Source: Lama glama
Lineage: Eukaryota
Length of the DNA: 64,000 nt
Reading direction: 5' to 3'
Assembly: GCA_028534125.1 (NCBI GenBank)
Contig: CM052818.1
Span: 40,922,001-40,986,000, forward strand
Positions 63,227 through 64,000 of the stretch are shown piece after piece (the stretch's first letter is position 1; each line of letters opens with the position of its first letter). The notes under the pieces were generated by a model. It searched no databases. It was given only the letters and a program-made list of their open reading frames with translations, and was not told the DNA's origin. The position numbers were made by a program, and so were the translations under genes.

Positions 63227-64000
63227 CCTGCATCAAACTAGCAAAAACCATGTCCAGACCCGTGTTATCCAAATCCCACTCCAGCAACTGCATGAAGGAG
63301 GGGCTGCGGACGGGGCGGATGAGGAGCTGCCACGGGAATCCAGTCGCGAGGCAGGGCTGTGTGCTGCAGGGCAGGTCAGCATCCCCATCTCTCACGTCCA
63401 TCCTGCCTCCACTCTTTTTGTGACAACATGGGCGAACTGACTCATTTTTCTGAACCTCGGTTTTAGACGGCGTTAAAACATAGACCTAATGGAATTCCTT
63501 TAGATTCTGGATACAAAGGCTCCTGGCCTTGCAGGAGGGCCTCGCCCATTCTCCTCCCCTCTTCACACCCTCATCAGCATTGACTCCACAGCAGTGAGGT
63601 GACGCTCCTGGAGGCTAAAATGTGTCAGATCTGTGACAGCCGATGCGTGGACATGCCAGCAGACCACACAGATAGGAGGGCAGAGGCCCCCAATGGCTTT
63701 GCTCACTCAGCTGGATTCCAGGAGGTCTCAATGTCCACACTGAGATAGAAGGAACTAGAAAAGTGCCTATTCACCAACATAAAGACTGTCTTGCTGAATA
63801 CTTGTACTTTTAAACAGCATTAAAGGACTTTTTTTCTTCTCAGCCCTTCTCTTGGGCCTTATTACATAATTCACGTCTTTCTCTGCTATTCTCCCTTCCA
63901 GCCCATCAGACCTGTGTTTTTTTTTTCCTTGTGTATGTGGCATATTTCATCTGTGACTCTCCTTTGTATTATGTCCTTGGACAACTCTGGAAGGAGAAGA

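Larger units (their letters stand above)
12060..64000 (-). other. VSNL1: Large VSNL1 intron upstream of the EF-hand 2/3 exon; the start-codon exon lies beyond the window
   Basis: I found no sequence encoding MGKQNSKLAPEV...LYVK by eye. As I recall, the orthologous human intron is tens of kb. Continuity across the gap at 46024-46523 is assumed. Confidence 0.7.

Noticed and set aside
1..64000. CRISPR arrays, operons or other prokaryote-type systems
   Set aside because: The sequence is mammalian, with spliceosomal introns and SINE/LINE/LTR repeats; I saw no regularly spaced repeat-spacer array.

Overview
Mammalian genomic DNA, probably a camelid: a Vic-1-type tRNA-derived SINE and a camelid/cetartiodactyl-type L1 3' end are present. 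The window holds the 3' part of VSNL1 (visinin-like protein 1, a neuronal EF-hand calcium sensor) on the minus strand. This comprises the last coding exon plus 3' UTR (about 6.4-7.7 kb), the 216-bp penultimate coding exon (11844-12059) and more than 50 kb of the large upstream intron. I did not find the exon with the start codon. The most notable feature is an intronless, polyadenylated TACC3 retrocopy inserted antisense in that intron (46524-47030). Its reading frame is open over the visible part and it retains its CpGs, but its 5' end is hidden in a 500-N gap. The rest is typical mammalian repeat content: a two-LTR MaLR element, solo ERV LTRs, L1/L2/MIR, hAT and Tigger MITEs, and microsatellites. 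Nearly all ORFs in the supplied track are spurious. I found no convincing novel multi-gene system. Repeat family names are from recall of consensus sequences, not from a database search, and most repeat boundaries are approximate.
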